This document shows, one piece after another, positions 51,215-64,000 of a DNA stretch of 64,000 bases. A model generated the notes under the pieces. The model was not told where the DNA came from, did not search any database, and saw only the letters and a list, made by a program, of their open reading frames with translations. Made by a program: the position numbers and the translations under genes. This DNA is from Octopus vulgaris (taxonomy: Eukaryota): assembly GCA_951406725.2 (NCBI GenBank), contig OX597817.1:20708001-20772000 (forward strand), read 5' to 3'. Numbering within the stretch: position 1 is the stretch's first letter; each line of letters opens with the position of its first letter.

Positions 51215-54200
51215 GTTAATATATAAATTACAGAAGACTCCCACTGATAGATAGAAAAACAATTGAAACCAAAACAAAGTTTGCTCCCTCATGAAACCAT
51301 TATAAGTATACCGCAAGACAATCAGTTAAAATAAATGCGGCATCTATACTAGCAGTATTCGTGCACCCGATAAACCGTAACGTCGAAGCTGCTTGCTTAT
51401 TGGTAAAAACCGTATTCGAAAAAAAGCAGCTTGTCAGATCCTTCTAAAAGGTATAGAAATGATGAAGTCAGTCGTTTTACTATTGATGATTACTAAGAAC
51501 GTATAAAACGACTAATTGAACTTTATGAACATTACTAATATTTGTTTTAATGTTTAACTCACCTTAACATTGTAAAAAGAAAATTTAAATACAATACTAA
51601 AAGAACGTGAAATCATCTTCGAGTCTCCATCAACCAAATCCATTCGCATGGCTTTGGTCAGCCTGCGGGACTGAACACGGAACCATATGGTTGAGAAGCA
51701 AGCTTCTTACCACTCAGCTGCTCGAGTGTGTAAGTGAGTGAGTGCACGTATGTATATGTGTGTGTGTTTGTGAAGAATGAAAAAAAAAAATCTTGCTTGT
51801 GTACAAATGTGAAACGACTGTTCATTGATAAATTTTATTTATCGTAGAATAACATAATAATGTTGTGAGCACCAGAAATGCAAAGTATTTTTTTAATGAA
51901 AATGTTGTTTGTAGCTTGCCCTGCTGAGTGCGATCCACTTCTGAAACGAAGATGTTTACGTTATAATTCCAAATATCAAAGCCAGATTGCAAAGTATATG
52001 TCTCAGAATTCGATCATTTTTATGGTGCTAATGACTTGGAAGGAATAAAAGAATGAATCCCAACAGGCAGTGAATCGTCTGTGCTTATAGGTGAATCCTG
52101 CCGTAAGCACGTTCTTATGCTTTGCTAGTGTTTGCCTTCTATTTAGGCCTACATCTTTACAGTTATCGTTACAGTGTAAGTGGCAGGTATTTCTAAATGT
52201 ATGCATCCACTTCTGAATAAAGTCCTTTGATACATGTGAACTGCAGTTTCCTCTGGAGCTGCTAGTGCATAGTCTCTCCTTCGAAACCAGTTTTTCACTG
52301 ATCATATTTATACGTACTTTCATTTGTCTCAAGTAGCAATTATTAATGTGGATACATTGTTAAATATATTTCCCTAGAAACGTCATAATCTTGTTCAATG
52401 TTAATAAATGTCTTCAAACTTGTATGCCATGTCTTACGATAACAAAAATAAATGTTTACACATTTCGCACATGTAAATAATTTAGTAATGTGTCGTTAGA
52501 GTATATATTATAACTTATCCAAAGATATTTTAGCAGCATGTTTCTGGAAATATGTTTCATACCGTATCAAATGAGCGCAGATATTCTTTCATTGTAAGAA
52601 ATTTTGATATTGTTTCATTGTAAGAAACGTGATAGTATATTTATGGGAATTGTATAGATGTGTTAACTCAAAAGCAGACATTGCCGGTGTACTTTTAGAT
52701 ATACACAGAACCAGAACAGAAAGTACTACCGCAGCACCATATATTCGTCATAATTTTAATTATAAGAAACAGCTAACGTAACTGAAATAAAGATTCAATT
52801 CGTAAGAATAATAATCGTTACAAATGACGCACTTCATCGATAGTGCCAATACACACTCTCAACTACGATGCCACTTATATTTATTTAAAATGATTTAGAA
52901 GATACACGGTTTAGGGTCAACAACGTAGCAGAGTAAATTTTATTTTGTATAAGAGATGACATTATCTATTAGTTCGGAATTAATTAGGTTTTGATTTCAA
53001 AGCAATTTTAAGCGTGTTAAAACTCTGCCTTTGTTGGAAATAGTAAATATACTGACGGGAACCATTATAATGTTTAGATAAGTCTTCCTAATTTACACAT
53101 ACGTCAATCGTTGTTATTTACTCTTCAATTCGTTCAACCTTGTGAATTCGAAAATGGTGGTACCAAAGTAGAATATTAATCTAAACATGACTAGATTAAT
53201 TTAATAAAGTAACTTTTAGGTCGCGAAATTAACAACGTAAAAATTGCATTACGTAGTTTTCAAAATGTGCTTCATTTGATATTTAATGTTAATTCACGTT
53301 AATTCAATCGAAAATTTACCTGTTTCTTAACAATGTCAACGCATCTAGGTCAAACAGGCTATCAACTATTGCTTTACACTATTTCTTCCTTTATTTGGAA
53401 TACCAATATTTTGTTTGTTTACTGCATGATTATACAAGATTACATATATACATATTTAGAATTTACAAATAACTTCAACATAAACTAATACATTAATTGT
53501 AGCTACATAGATCTTATTGAAGCGTATTGTCAATATATTTAAGTGGAATATGTCGCTAGATGTTTAGATAAATAAAGTTGGAATCTTCGTTGTTAACATA
53601 AGGAACTGGACTAATGACATCGGAGTGAGGGAAATAAATTGGTTACAATAATTGGTGCGTTAAATAATGAGTTCATTTCTCAAGAAGGTAGCATATACAG
53701 GTACCAAGGAAATAAATTTTGGTATACAGGTAATACGTGCAAAACGGGTTCCAATCATATATATATATATATATGTATACACGTATGTATGTATGTACAT
53801 ATATATATATATATATAGAGAGAGAGGGGGAGGGAGGGAGAGAGAGATACAGAGAGACAGGAAAGAGAAAGTTGGAAGTTCGCCCTGATATTGAATAGAT
53901 GTCCATTTTTCATAACAGCTATAGATTAATTATCTACAACATTTGCGCTTCTATACAAACAAATCAGGGGTTTACGTACATCATCTTTTCCCACCAAGCC
54001 TATGAGCCTATATTCACGATAATCATCCTGGAAAAATATACGGAATCTATAAATGTGTGTATGTTCGTGCGTTTATGTGTTTGTGTGTGAACAACAGCCG
54101 CAAGTAGATTCTACAATTCACTAACGCAATCCTAGTTCAGTGTGGAAAAGTATTTCAAATATAAGGCCTCTCACTTCAACATAAGGGGCGGTCACTAAAT

Positions 54201-54495
54201 ACTTTAGGATGTGATAATACATGCAATGTATATATTCCTCTGCTCATCTCAGGTGAGAAAAACAAATCGTAAACCCCTGCAAGGACGTTAAGGCGAAAAC
54301 ATTCACATGTACATAGATATACCTTGTGTGTTTACGTGCACCAGTGACTGTGCTTCATGCCGGCGATAAAAGTTACAGTAGTAAACGTAAAACTACATAT
54401 ATACATTGAAAACAAGTGGATGTATTCCACCGGAACTAGGTAAATAAAACCTTCGAACAGAGACGATCAGTGGCGACACCTGCTGGGTCGACTAC

Positions 54496-54538
54496 GCTAC
54501 ATTGACAAAGGGCAAATACCCTGAAACGCGTCTGTAGC
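54496..54538 (+). ncRNA. Type I hammerhead motif with two core transitions
   Basis: GCTACA-tTGACaA-AGGG-caaata-CCCT-GAAA-CGCG-TC|TGTAGC. Perfect stems I and II, palindromic stem III; CTGACGA decayed to TTGACAA. Confidence 0.75.
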
Positions 54539-55210
54539 TGTCTGACTAGCAGTGTGAAGCGGCTGACCACCCTTGTTCAAAGGTTATAATGGACACAGTT
54601 TGTGTGTCAAATAGCTATCTTAAGGCGACGGCCTCATGGAGCTAATCAGCAACAGCTTTTAGTCTTATATCTATAAGACTGCCATATTAATATGGCGATA
54701 ACAATACATATATACAATTAAAAGAAAAACATACATACTTAAAGACATAGAATTCACATTGCTTATTCTTAAATGAATAATATGAGTGGTATTTAGAGTA
54801 AATTTAATGGGCATCCATATCTGGTATTTACTTTTTGTCATTTAGTTCCTGTTATCATCAGAAAAATTGGAATAACAATGAAATAGAGAAACGAGTGTTT
54901 TTCTTTTGTTTTTGTTTTTGTCTCATATACGAGTATATAATTTTTTGTATATGTTTTATCTACACAGAAATATCGCTTTTATATCGCTTATATATCGCTT
55001 TTTTGATCTTTCAACGAATACTTTTAACTTACCTACATACGGTTTTAGTTCCGTTTAGCACCCACCTACAATTTTATTCTAAATTGCGTATACCCTGTTT
55101 AACATTCCTGACCGCCATTTAATCAAATGAAGCATTAGCAGCTTGATAAACACAAACACACACACACACACACATTTACATGCATATTTATGCAAATACT
55201 CCTCCCTCAC

Positions 55211-55287
<77 letters not shown>

Positions 55288-55994
55288 TGTTCAGCGCTAT
55301 CAACAATCGCAAGACCCACACTGAGCCGGGAATACTTCAAGTGAAGAAAATGCTTGTTTCGCGACTGTAAAACAGTTAGTGAAGAGTAAACTATATTTCA
55401 AATAATAAGACACAGATTTTTCATGAACATTTAAGCGAAAATTCGATGTCAAAATTTTACTAAAATCTTGTGAGTAGACACAAACTGAAAAATATATTCG
55501 GTCATCTCAGATAATGCGGTTTTTAAATTGCATGAACTAATTAGAATGGCGTACCCAAAGTAAAAGTATTTTAAAAACTTAGTAGTACACAAATCCAAAA
55601 TGTACATATGTATGTGTGTGCATCTGTGCGCGTGTATGAGAATATAATGTTTTTAATACATTCAGCAATGTATGTGTGAGGATTTCTTTATATGTGAAAA
55701 CATTGAGACCCTATAATATCTGTGGAGTATTTTTCATAATATATTTTGTCTATCTAGACCATATAACTTGAATAAATCCAATGTACTAAAGAAGTTGTCA
55801 GATTCGTTACATTTTGTAAGAAACACACATGTATAAAAGGGAATCAGTAGTATGAAAAGCGTTGCACTGGAGGGCCAGAAGAAATTCAATAATTACTTCT
55901 AATGTTAGATTTTTTTGAATTTCTAAAACATGCATCCACCCTAATGGTTAACGGGAGTTCATGTTCAAAGAATATGATTTAATTTATTGCGGCA

Positions 55995-56302
55995 ATGATG
56001 AGGACGATGATGAAGATGATGCTTTGGTGATGACGATGACGATGATGATGATCACGACGACAACCATGACAATGATGATGATGGGGATGATAGTGATGAA
56101 GATTATGACGACAATATTGATGATAAATGAGGTTCATGGTGACGGTGTTGTTGTTGATGATGATGATGATGACGATGACGCTGATGATGGTGACGACGAC
56201 AACCATGACAATGATGATGATGATGATAGTGAGGAATATTATGACGACAATGTTGATGATAAATGATGTTCATAGTGACGTTGTTGTTGTTGTTGTTGTT
56301 GT

Positions 56303-56338
<36 letters not shown>

Positions 56339-56400
56339 CGATGATGATGATGAGCAGGCATATGTGCTTAAGGATCAGTATGATGATGACGGAGACGATT
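55995..56400. repeat. (GAT)n/(GTT)n low-complexity tract with a ~139-bp higher-order duplication
   Basis: gacgacaaccatgacaatgatgatgatg...ttatgacgacaat.ttgatgataaatga.gttcat.gtgacg occurs twice. Confidence 0.85.
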
Positions 56401-57492
56401 AAGCGGAGGAGGGGAGAGACATGAAAAGGCTTATATCGAATCTAAAGATGTTGTGTAGTGTATAATGATAATTATGATTATGAATGTTATAGAAATACCT
56501 TAGGAATCATTCTATTTCAGATTACTCAGCAATTTTTTTGGTTCGCTTTATTTGAAATTCATCCGAGTGCAATTATCTTAATAGAACTGTGAAATATTAA
56601 AGACAACAAAAAGCATAAATTTTGCATTTCCATTCAATTGATTTTTAAATGTCCATAATAATCTTACCATATATTATAGAAATATAAGAAATTTATTGCT
56701 TTCCTTATTCACCCTCTTTATATTTAGTTATTGTTCCATATTTCCAAATCGATTTGATTTGTTTCGTTTTAAATTATGCGCCTCGCGCCAATACATGTTC
56801 AGTTTGTTGAAGTATAAAGATGTAAGCCATAACTATATACTGTACCCTAAAACAAAAGTAATTTTTATCACTTAAATTTATTTCTCTAACGCGCATCATG
56901 GATATTAATTCTTGATCTTTCTGTTTGTTCTTCCCAATTTAATCTCTCATTTTTTTCTTTTACTAAATTCGATATTATTTATGACATTTTCGTTTATATT
57001 TCATTGGAAACTTAAATATAATATCAATATAAATTCATTTAGGCAAACGTAATTTAACAGCAAAGCAGTTTCATTGTTTTCAGAACAATAGATAGCTAAT
57101 TTCTTTCTCTTTTCATTAAAATAAAATTAAAGAAGAACATTGCAATGTGAATATTTTATAATTTCTACGATAAATATTAACACGCACTCCTACACAGCAT
57201 GATAGTGTTCTATTCGAATAGAGAAAACCCGAGAAAAAATAGGGCGCATTAATATTCCGTTCTGTAAATAAATATGATATACTGATTTCAAATGACAGAA
57301 AACTTCAGTGTAGCATAAACAAGAATATACGTTAGGGATATAGTTCATGATGTGTGCGTTCTATTTTCATGATTATAATATACATAGATGGGTCGAACAA
57401 TAGGAAGAATAATAGAAATATAGAAGAATTTGTTTTCAATGGGAGAATAGAAGTCGAATACATGAAAATCAAAATTCTTAGTTATTGATATA

Positions 57493-58761
57493 CATCAGGC
57501 TGAGTAAGAACTAAGCAGCGTTTTCAAGCATGAAATTCATCACAATATATTTCAACAATAATGAAATTTTATTCATCTGAGTAAGTAACATTACCATCAA
57601 CACATTTTTGCCAAGAAGTTACAAGTTTGTTCATTCCGGTAACATAAAAACCTTGAGTTCTGGAGCTGATGAACTCTTTAAATGTACATTTAGCATAGGA
57701 TTGATTTTTGAACTCTTCTCGCAGGAAAACATCAAGGTGCTTCAAAAAGTGGTAGTTGGTAGGAGAAGGGTATGAGAATAAGCTGGGTGGGGTTAAACGT
57801 CGTAGCCAAGTTCCCTCAGCTTCTGTAGCATAATTAATGAAACGTGTAGTCGAGCATTGTCATGAAGAATGAGTCACCCTTTTCTCTTGAGCAGCATGAG
57901 ACGGAGGAGTAGCATGTCTTCGTTCATTTTGGCAATTTCATGGCAATACGTTTCTGCAACAATGATGTTCCGGGTTTTAAGAAGTTGTGTTTCAGTCCAT
58001 CAGTACACCTCCAAAGAGTTGCTATAGCCTTCTTCGTGGAGAGCTCGGGTTTAAGGACGGTTTTCGGTGCTTCATTTTGTTCCAACCACTGCGAAGACAT
58101 TTTTTAATTATTTTACAGAATCCACTTAACATTGCAAGTTACAATACGATCGAGAAATTGATCGGTCTAGTTACAGAGAAGAACCGACGAGAAAATTTCA
58201 TATCTGCGCAATTTCCAATTTTCATTCAAATCGTGCGGTACCCATTTATCGAGCTTTTTTGTTTTAGTTTCCGATTACATGCAAATGGTTGCGGGCAGTT
58301 TTGTGTTCTAATGTTTGACAGTTCTCGTGTGGTTGTATGTGGATCTTTCTCAATGGCCGTCTTTAATTGACCGTCATGGCCGTCTTTAATTGACCGTCAT
58401 CCATGACAGATGAGCGTCCACTATACTCATGATCTATAAGGTTCAGTTCTCCACTGACCCATCTGTGGTCATTTCCTTACCAAATTTTTCGTTGATATCG
58501 CAAGCAGTTTCAGCTGCTTTACTTCCTTTTTACAGACTTTCTTTTTACAGAAATTGCACGAATATCGTGTTTTGATAGATCCATTTGAGATGATTGTAAC
58601 ACCCGTGAATAAAAAATCAATGTTAATTTCGGCGCATCTATGGCTGTATTATCAGACAATTTCAGAAAGCAATGTTTAGAAAAAAATTCCAAAACTATGC
58701 AAAAATCCAGTATAGATTCTTTACGCTTAAAAATGTCGTTTACTTTTTACTCAATATGATA
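57493..58761 (-). mobile_element. Near full-length decayed mariner (DD34D) transposon
   Basis: Imperfect TIRs atcaggctgagtaagaactaagc / gtttactttttactcaatatgat, flanked by TA. Minus-strand peptides DRIVTCNVKWIL, ILHDNARLHV and HPAYS...PTNYHFLKHLD. Length ~1.27 kb; internal duplication at ~58353-58400. Confidence 0.9.
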
Positions 58762-60286
58762 TATGTTACATTTCCTACAGTCAAGGATGTAATGAAGATT
58801 ACTCCAATAAATTTACTGATCATTTAAGGTTAACAAATCCGAGACCCCAGTACTAGATAGATCCCACTCAATGGACACATAGACATATGCGCAAAAAATA
58901 AGCCTCCCAAATTTCAGGTCTTAACATTCTACCTACGTTCAGCGAATATCACTGATGAAGTACGGATAAACAAAATAAATACTTTCATACAAAAGTACAA
59001 ACCAAGACTTAAAAGACTTTAACAAAATACATACACAAATAACTTTTCACCCATAAACTCTGCCACTTATCATGAGGAAGCTACAGAGCTAACAACATAA
59101 ACATTAGCCAGCGGACTGCATACAACGGTTCCTGCCCACTCTACCACAAGACATTAAATTTAGAGTGACTTGATTATATCTAAACATGTTCACTTAACCG
59201 TGTCGGCCTTCTTTTTAGGCAGGAAATATACCATCACGTGACACAAACGGACGAGCGTAGCGGGAAACGTACAAAAGGTTATAAACTTAATCATATGTTC
59301 ATTCTCTACAAACACTTGACAGAAATCATTCAGAGCATTGATCGTTTGGACATGTTCAGTCAACCGTGTCAATCTTAACATTGTCACTTGATACTAACAC
59401 AAGAACTTCGCGGAGAATCTAAAATAAATTCTAAGACCAGTCATAGGGCCATCATCAACCCATCATTTGAGCTGTGGACTCCATATAGGAATAGGGCAAG
59501 ATTCAAACACGAGTCAGAAGCAAGACAGCTGTGACATAAGCCACGTCTTTGAATTTGAACTTTTTGAAAATCTGTGGTAAAGCTTTAAATACATTAATAA
59601 AAATTATTTTAACTATTCTCAGTGCATTTGCAACCTCTAATTACAGTATATGTATACAAGAAGAGAAGAATTGCATTTATTTTTCACAACACTGTAACAT
59701 TATTTAGGAAATTCAAAGGTTCGCTTAAGGTGTGAGTACGTTTTGTGATACTCAATGACACCAAAGTAAGGCAATCATATTTTAGAAGAGAAAGGAAAAG
59801 TTTTCTGAATTTTACTTGCAGCATCAAAAAATATAATGAAGTTACATTGCAAAATTCGTTATGAAAATTATATGGTGATTGAAGAAGAGAAGAAATGCTT
59901 CATAAATATAATATTAATTTATTAATAAATATTTAAAAAAATCATTGGAGGATAAATTATATTGAAGTCGAAGATGAAGATTACAATTCAATGTCGGAAA
60001 AAAAGTATATGTGACATTTTTTTTTTCCAAAAGGCTATAAGAAATAATCTTCAAACTTATTCTGGCGAAATTTATTAAATTTCGTTTTGAAATATACTCC
60101 GAGAATGATCAAATTCAAACAAGATAAAATAAGTAATAATAAAGAAGTATTCAAGTTAATGTGTGTTTGGTAATTGCCGCCACGCACACACAGACAAAAA
60201 TACATACATACACATACAGAGACACGAACACACATACATAAACGAACATATACAAACACATGTATATCCACACACATATACGTATA

Positions 60287-60365
<79 letters not shown>

Positions 60366-61414
60366 ATGGAGTTTAACACAGGTGCTATTCAAATTATTTT
60401 ACTTCCAACACATGTTTTGAAGATATCACTGGTATTATTCCAAAGGAATAAAATGACATAAAACAATGTAATCTCTTTAGGGAAATGAAGAAATGAAACT
60501 TGTCAATAAGACATTTTAAAAGAATGTGATGGATATGTATAGTGATTAACTGAAAGCTAATAAGTTTCTTTAAAAAAAAACATTAGGGGATATAACGCCA
60601 AACGTAGCTTATATAAAGAGGAAGGGTAAATAAAAGAAAAAATAAATGAGAAGTATGTAATGATATGCAAATTAATATGTAAATTAAATAAAAACCCTAT
60701 AGTCTTGGGAAAAGATATATCTATTGACTGAAATGTAAGAAGAAAATTAATGTTTAAATTATATATAATGATAGATATCACTTATATGAACTAAAGGTGT
60801 TTTCTGCCAGTGTTTACATCGGTATGCACGTTCTATAAACGGGGATGTTTACAAAAAAAAAGAAAAAAGAGAATAGTTCAGAATTACAGAGAAGCCAGAA
60901 TTCCTTGACATTATCATAAGGTATAGAAATTGAGAGAATCAACTAATCTAAAATTGTTTATTGAGGTATTTTCGATACCAAATTAATTTTCTAAAGCATA
61001 TACTGTTACGTTTATACTTATCCCTAAATGTAGACTAATGATTAGAAATCCTTCTATATAACTGAAATGAGCTGCCTACATAAAAAATATTTCATTACCA
61101 GAAGTAATTTTCCAATGGTATATAGAATGGTTTAATTTTAGAGTTACTTGACATAAACTTGATTCTGTTGTAAATGTCTTGAGTTACAATAACCGTGTTA
61201 TTAATATTTCAAGGTGGATGGATGGCATTAGCTAAATTAATGTTTAATGTTAGTATTATTAAATGTATCACTATTTAACAAGCTAATATTATGTGAGGAG
61301 ATAATTTGTCAAATAATTTTTGTGTTGTAGAAATCGATCCTAACCGTGTGTGAGTTGATAATAGATTAATACCTAGAATTATTTGCAAAAATTCCTCATA
61401 ACAGCTTCACAAAC

Positions 61415-61453
61415 TGCAAAGGAAGATTAGATTAAATCTAATCTTCCTTTGCA
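61415..61453. repeat. Perfect 19-bp hairpin with 1-nt loop
   Basis: tgcaaaggaagattagatt-a-aatctaatcttcctttgca, abutting (TA)n. Confidence 0.95.
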
Positions 61454-61489
61454 TATATATATATATGTATGTATAGTTAAACATATCCG

Positions 61490-61568
<79 letters not shown>

Positions 61569-61860
61569 GTACATATATAATTTTTCTGGCGAATGTGTGG
61601 TTGACCATGTGTGAGTTACAAGTGAGGGTGGATGAGTATCACGCAGTAATTTCCCTTTGTTTAACGGTAATTTTCATAGCATTTTTCGATGGCCCGATAA
61701 CTGAAGTGATGCCGGCGTGGGTTTCCGCCCCGAAATCAGAATCTCAAACTTTTTTCATGGCAGCCGAATAATTGTCACATATTATATTTACAGATAGTTT
61801 CCTCTATTTACATAATATCGAAGTCTCTTACATTCTTTTGTTTTCTTACCATTTCTATCA

Positions 61861-61962
<102 letters not shown>

Positions 61963-62199
61963 AGTTAAACATCCTTAAATATTACCACACCTGAAGGAAT
62001 GAATCCCTGAAGATGATCTACCCGATGCTCATGGATATTACGGATTACACTTTCGATTATCCTATTAATACGTAGGGTGACCTTAAGAGACATGATTTAT
62101 GGAAACGCACGTTGTGATACATTAAAGTGTTTATAAATTTTACCCAATGATTATTGTTATTATTGTAGATTTGCATATTATAGATTTGCAGAATGTTAA

Positions 62200-63350
62200 A
62201 TTCATTTGTGCTTCGTCGATGTGTTGACACCTGTTTTCTAACATGTTCATGGCATTTAGTTCCAACTCTTCATTTTAACTCCAATGTCATTTCAGAAATT
62301 TATCCTAGGCATCAATTATAACCACTACTTTAATCAACTCCTTGTTAAAATGTACTAGAATTATATTCCAGATGTTAGCCATTAGAGACGTTTCAAGAGA
62401 GTCCATTTTATCTGCCACTGTCTAAACTTCATATCTTTATTCAATATCTCTGAGTGCATTCTGAATGTAATTACAGCCATAAACGAGGAGTTCCGTACCA
62501 TACACACCTGCTGGCTAATAAGTTTCTGACAAGGACATCAAAGCTCTTTCTCTTTTATTTCCTTCCAAATATCTCAGTGAATTTGCCCATCTGGTGTCAT
62601 CGCAGAAAAAGTGTATACCTTTTACATGAAACTAAAAGTTGCTACAGCTTTAACACAAATAGAAACAGTAGCGTGTCTAACAAGACCCTACAAACGAGCA
62701 GTACGAAACATCTAACTCGCATTCCTGCGTAATGATCGGATATATTACTGGCGCTGTAATAGAAGTGTCCTTGCAGTATTAAAATATTATACTCTTTCTT
62801 TTTTTGTTAAGAAATTCTTACGCAGATGTGGGCAGTAATTCCGCTTTATGAGAACCAGTTTGCAGAAAGGTTAAAGGCCTACTTCGAAGAAAAAGCATAA
62901 CTCACAATAGATGTTTGTCAATCAACATGAGAATGATCCGGTGTTAAACCTACAGATAATTAGAAATAATTGGCGGTTATAAGTTCTGTTACAATACGTT
63001 TAACATATTTTGCACTCAACAGAACGTCTCCTCCGTATATGATAGTGATAAGTAGGACTGCTTACCACGTTGAGGATTGTCAAATGCTTTCAAGTTATTG
63101 TGCAATAAGTTTCGAAACTATTCTCATTGTGCTTAGATCCTGTGATCTCTTTAGTACCACTATATGCCAGACCTGTGTAGGCTTGAAATATTGTCACGGC
63201 CACAACACCGCGAAATCTTTCAGTGCAATATTTCATGTTTACCTAGACTTGTTTTCCCAAATCCCTTTCAACATGCGAACATTCCCTAAGTAAGTTATTG
63301 TGACCTGGGTTTTGTTTATTCCTTTTCAGTTTCACTTCTCGTTAGAAAAC
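62200..63350 (-). pseudogene. Highly decayed CR1/L2-like LINE reverse transcriptase
   Basis: Minus-strand motifs in the correct order: KAFDN (~63085), GS-LLDTLLFLFV (PQGSVLGPLLF-like, ~62680), IHFFCDDT (YADD-like, ~62600), DIGV (KDLGV-like, ~62285). Confidence 0.6.
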
Positions 63351-64000
63351 TTAGCACAGTGGGTTGGCATCAAACTACAGTAATAACAATAAAATGCATT
63401 TATGTTGGTCTGTACGGCATCCACTTTCTCAAACACCGTTCAACGGTGCCGGAATTATCATAATACTTTGAATTTTTAAAATAATGTATGCCCATTCAGT
63501 TTGCTTTCACCTTTCTTTTTTATAATGGTGACAAGATTCTAGGATTTGAAAGATTATGGACACACATTTCTCTGGCAGAAAAATCCTAATTCGGCCATAT
63601 CCGTAGATGGCACTTAGCTATTCCTGTCAGCAAGATGTGGTGATCTCATCTAGAGTTGATATGTTTCTCTTATTTTTCAGATGCCCTTAGGTGTGCAAGC
63701 AGTTTGTTAAAACAAATATTTGTTACTGACATTTTTATTAGTGTCTACATTTCTATCGTTCAAAGTAAAGAAAAATTCAGCTACGTGCTGTGTCTTTCCC
63801 AATACAGTAGCATGTTTTCATTTGTAAATATATTTGGAGGCAGCTGAATATTCCGTGATACAATCTGTGTGAATATAAAAGCTGAATAAAAGCAAGGAGA
63901 AATTAGTTTCGAAATCAAAACAGGAATTTTCAACAGCCATATATACCCACATCATTTAGTGTTTCCATATGTAAATTTAGCCTGCGTCTGGGGAAGTGAT

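Noticed and set aside
52003-52332. 109-aa Cys/His-rich minus-strand ORF, and acceptor-like site near 51945
   Set aside because: No recognisable domain, non-ATG start and no convincing exon boundaries; cannot be supported without a search.
55961-56402. Asp-rich acidic ORF
   Set aside because: (GAT)n microsatellite with frame-breaking indels between its duplicated halves.
62002-62118. atcc-CTGAAGA...GAAACGCACGTT-gtgat, possible decayed HHR (also a weak one at ~61700-61745)
   Set aside because: Stem II cannot be drawn and stem I is mismatched; suggestive of an old pLTR but not supportable.

Overview
AT-rich, gene-poor eukaryotic DNA dominated by (TA)n/(CA)n/triplet microsatellites and decayed mobile elements. 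The SINE repertoire and composition look like an octopod cephalopod genome (inference from recognition, not a search). Nearly all supplied ORFs are microsatellite translations or transposon debris. The only plausible host-gene piece is a possible 3'-terminal exon at 2522-2637 (+) ending in a PDZ-type ...FTDV*. Supported mobile elements: tRNA-derived SINEs of several families (some with clear TSDs), non-autonomous Helitrons, two mariner relics, a Chapaev3-like relic, RTE and CR1/L2-like LINE relics, and several Penelope-like element (PLE) RT/GIY-YIG fragments. The most notable signal is RNA structure: about eight type I hammerhead-ribozyme (HHR) motifs from about seven apparently unrelated repeat families, mostly next to (TA)n tracts. 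They include a 433-bp head-to-tail tandem repeat with one HHR per unit (retrozyme-like; predicted 433-nt monomer/circular RNA, 46969-47401), an HHR at the tip of a ~55-bp rod hairpin, fold-back HHRs, and a PLE terminal repeat combining a tRNA-like Pol III head with an HHR. All calls and pairings were made by eye; repeat boundaries are approximate unless TSDs or termini are quoted.
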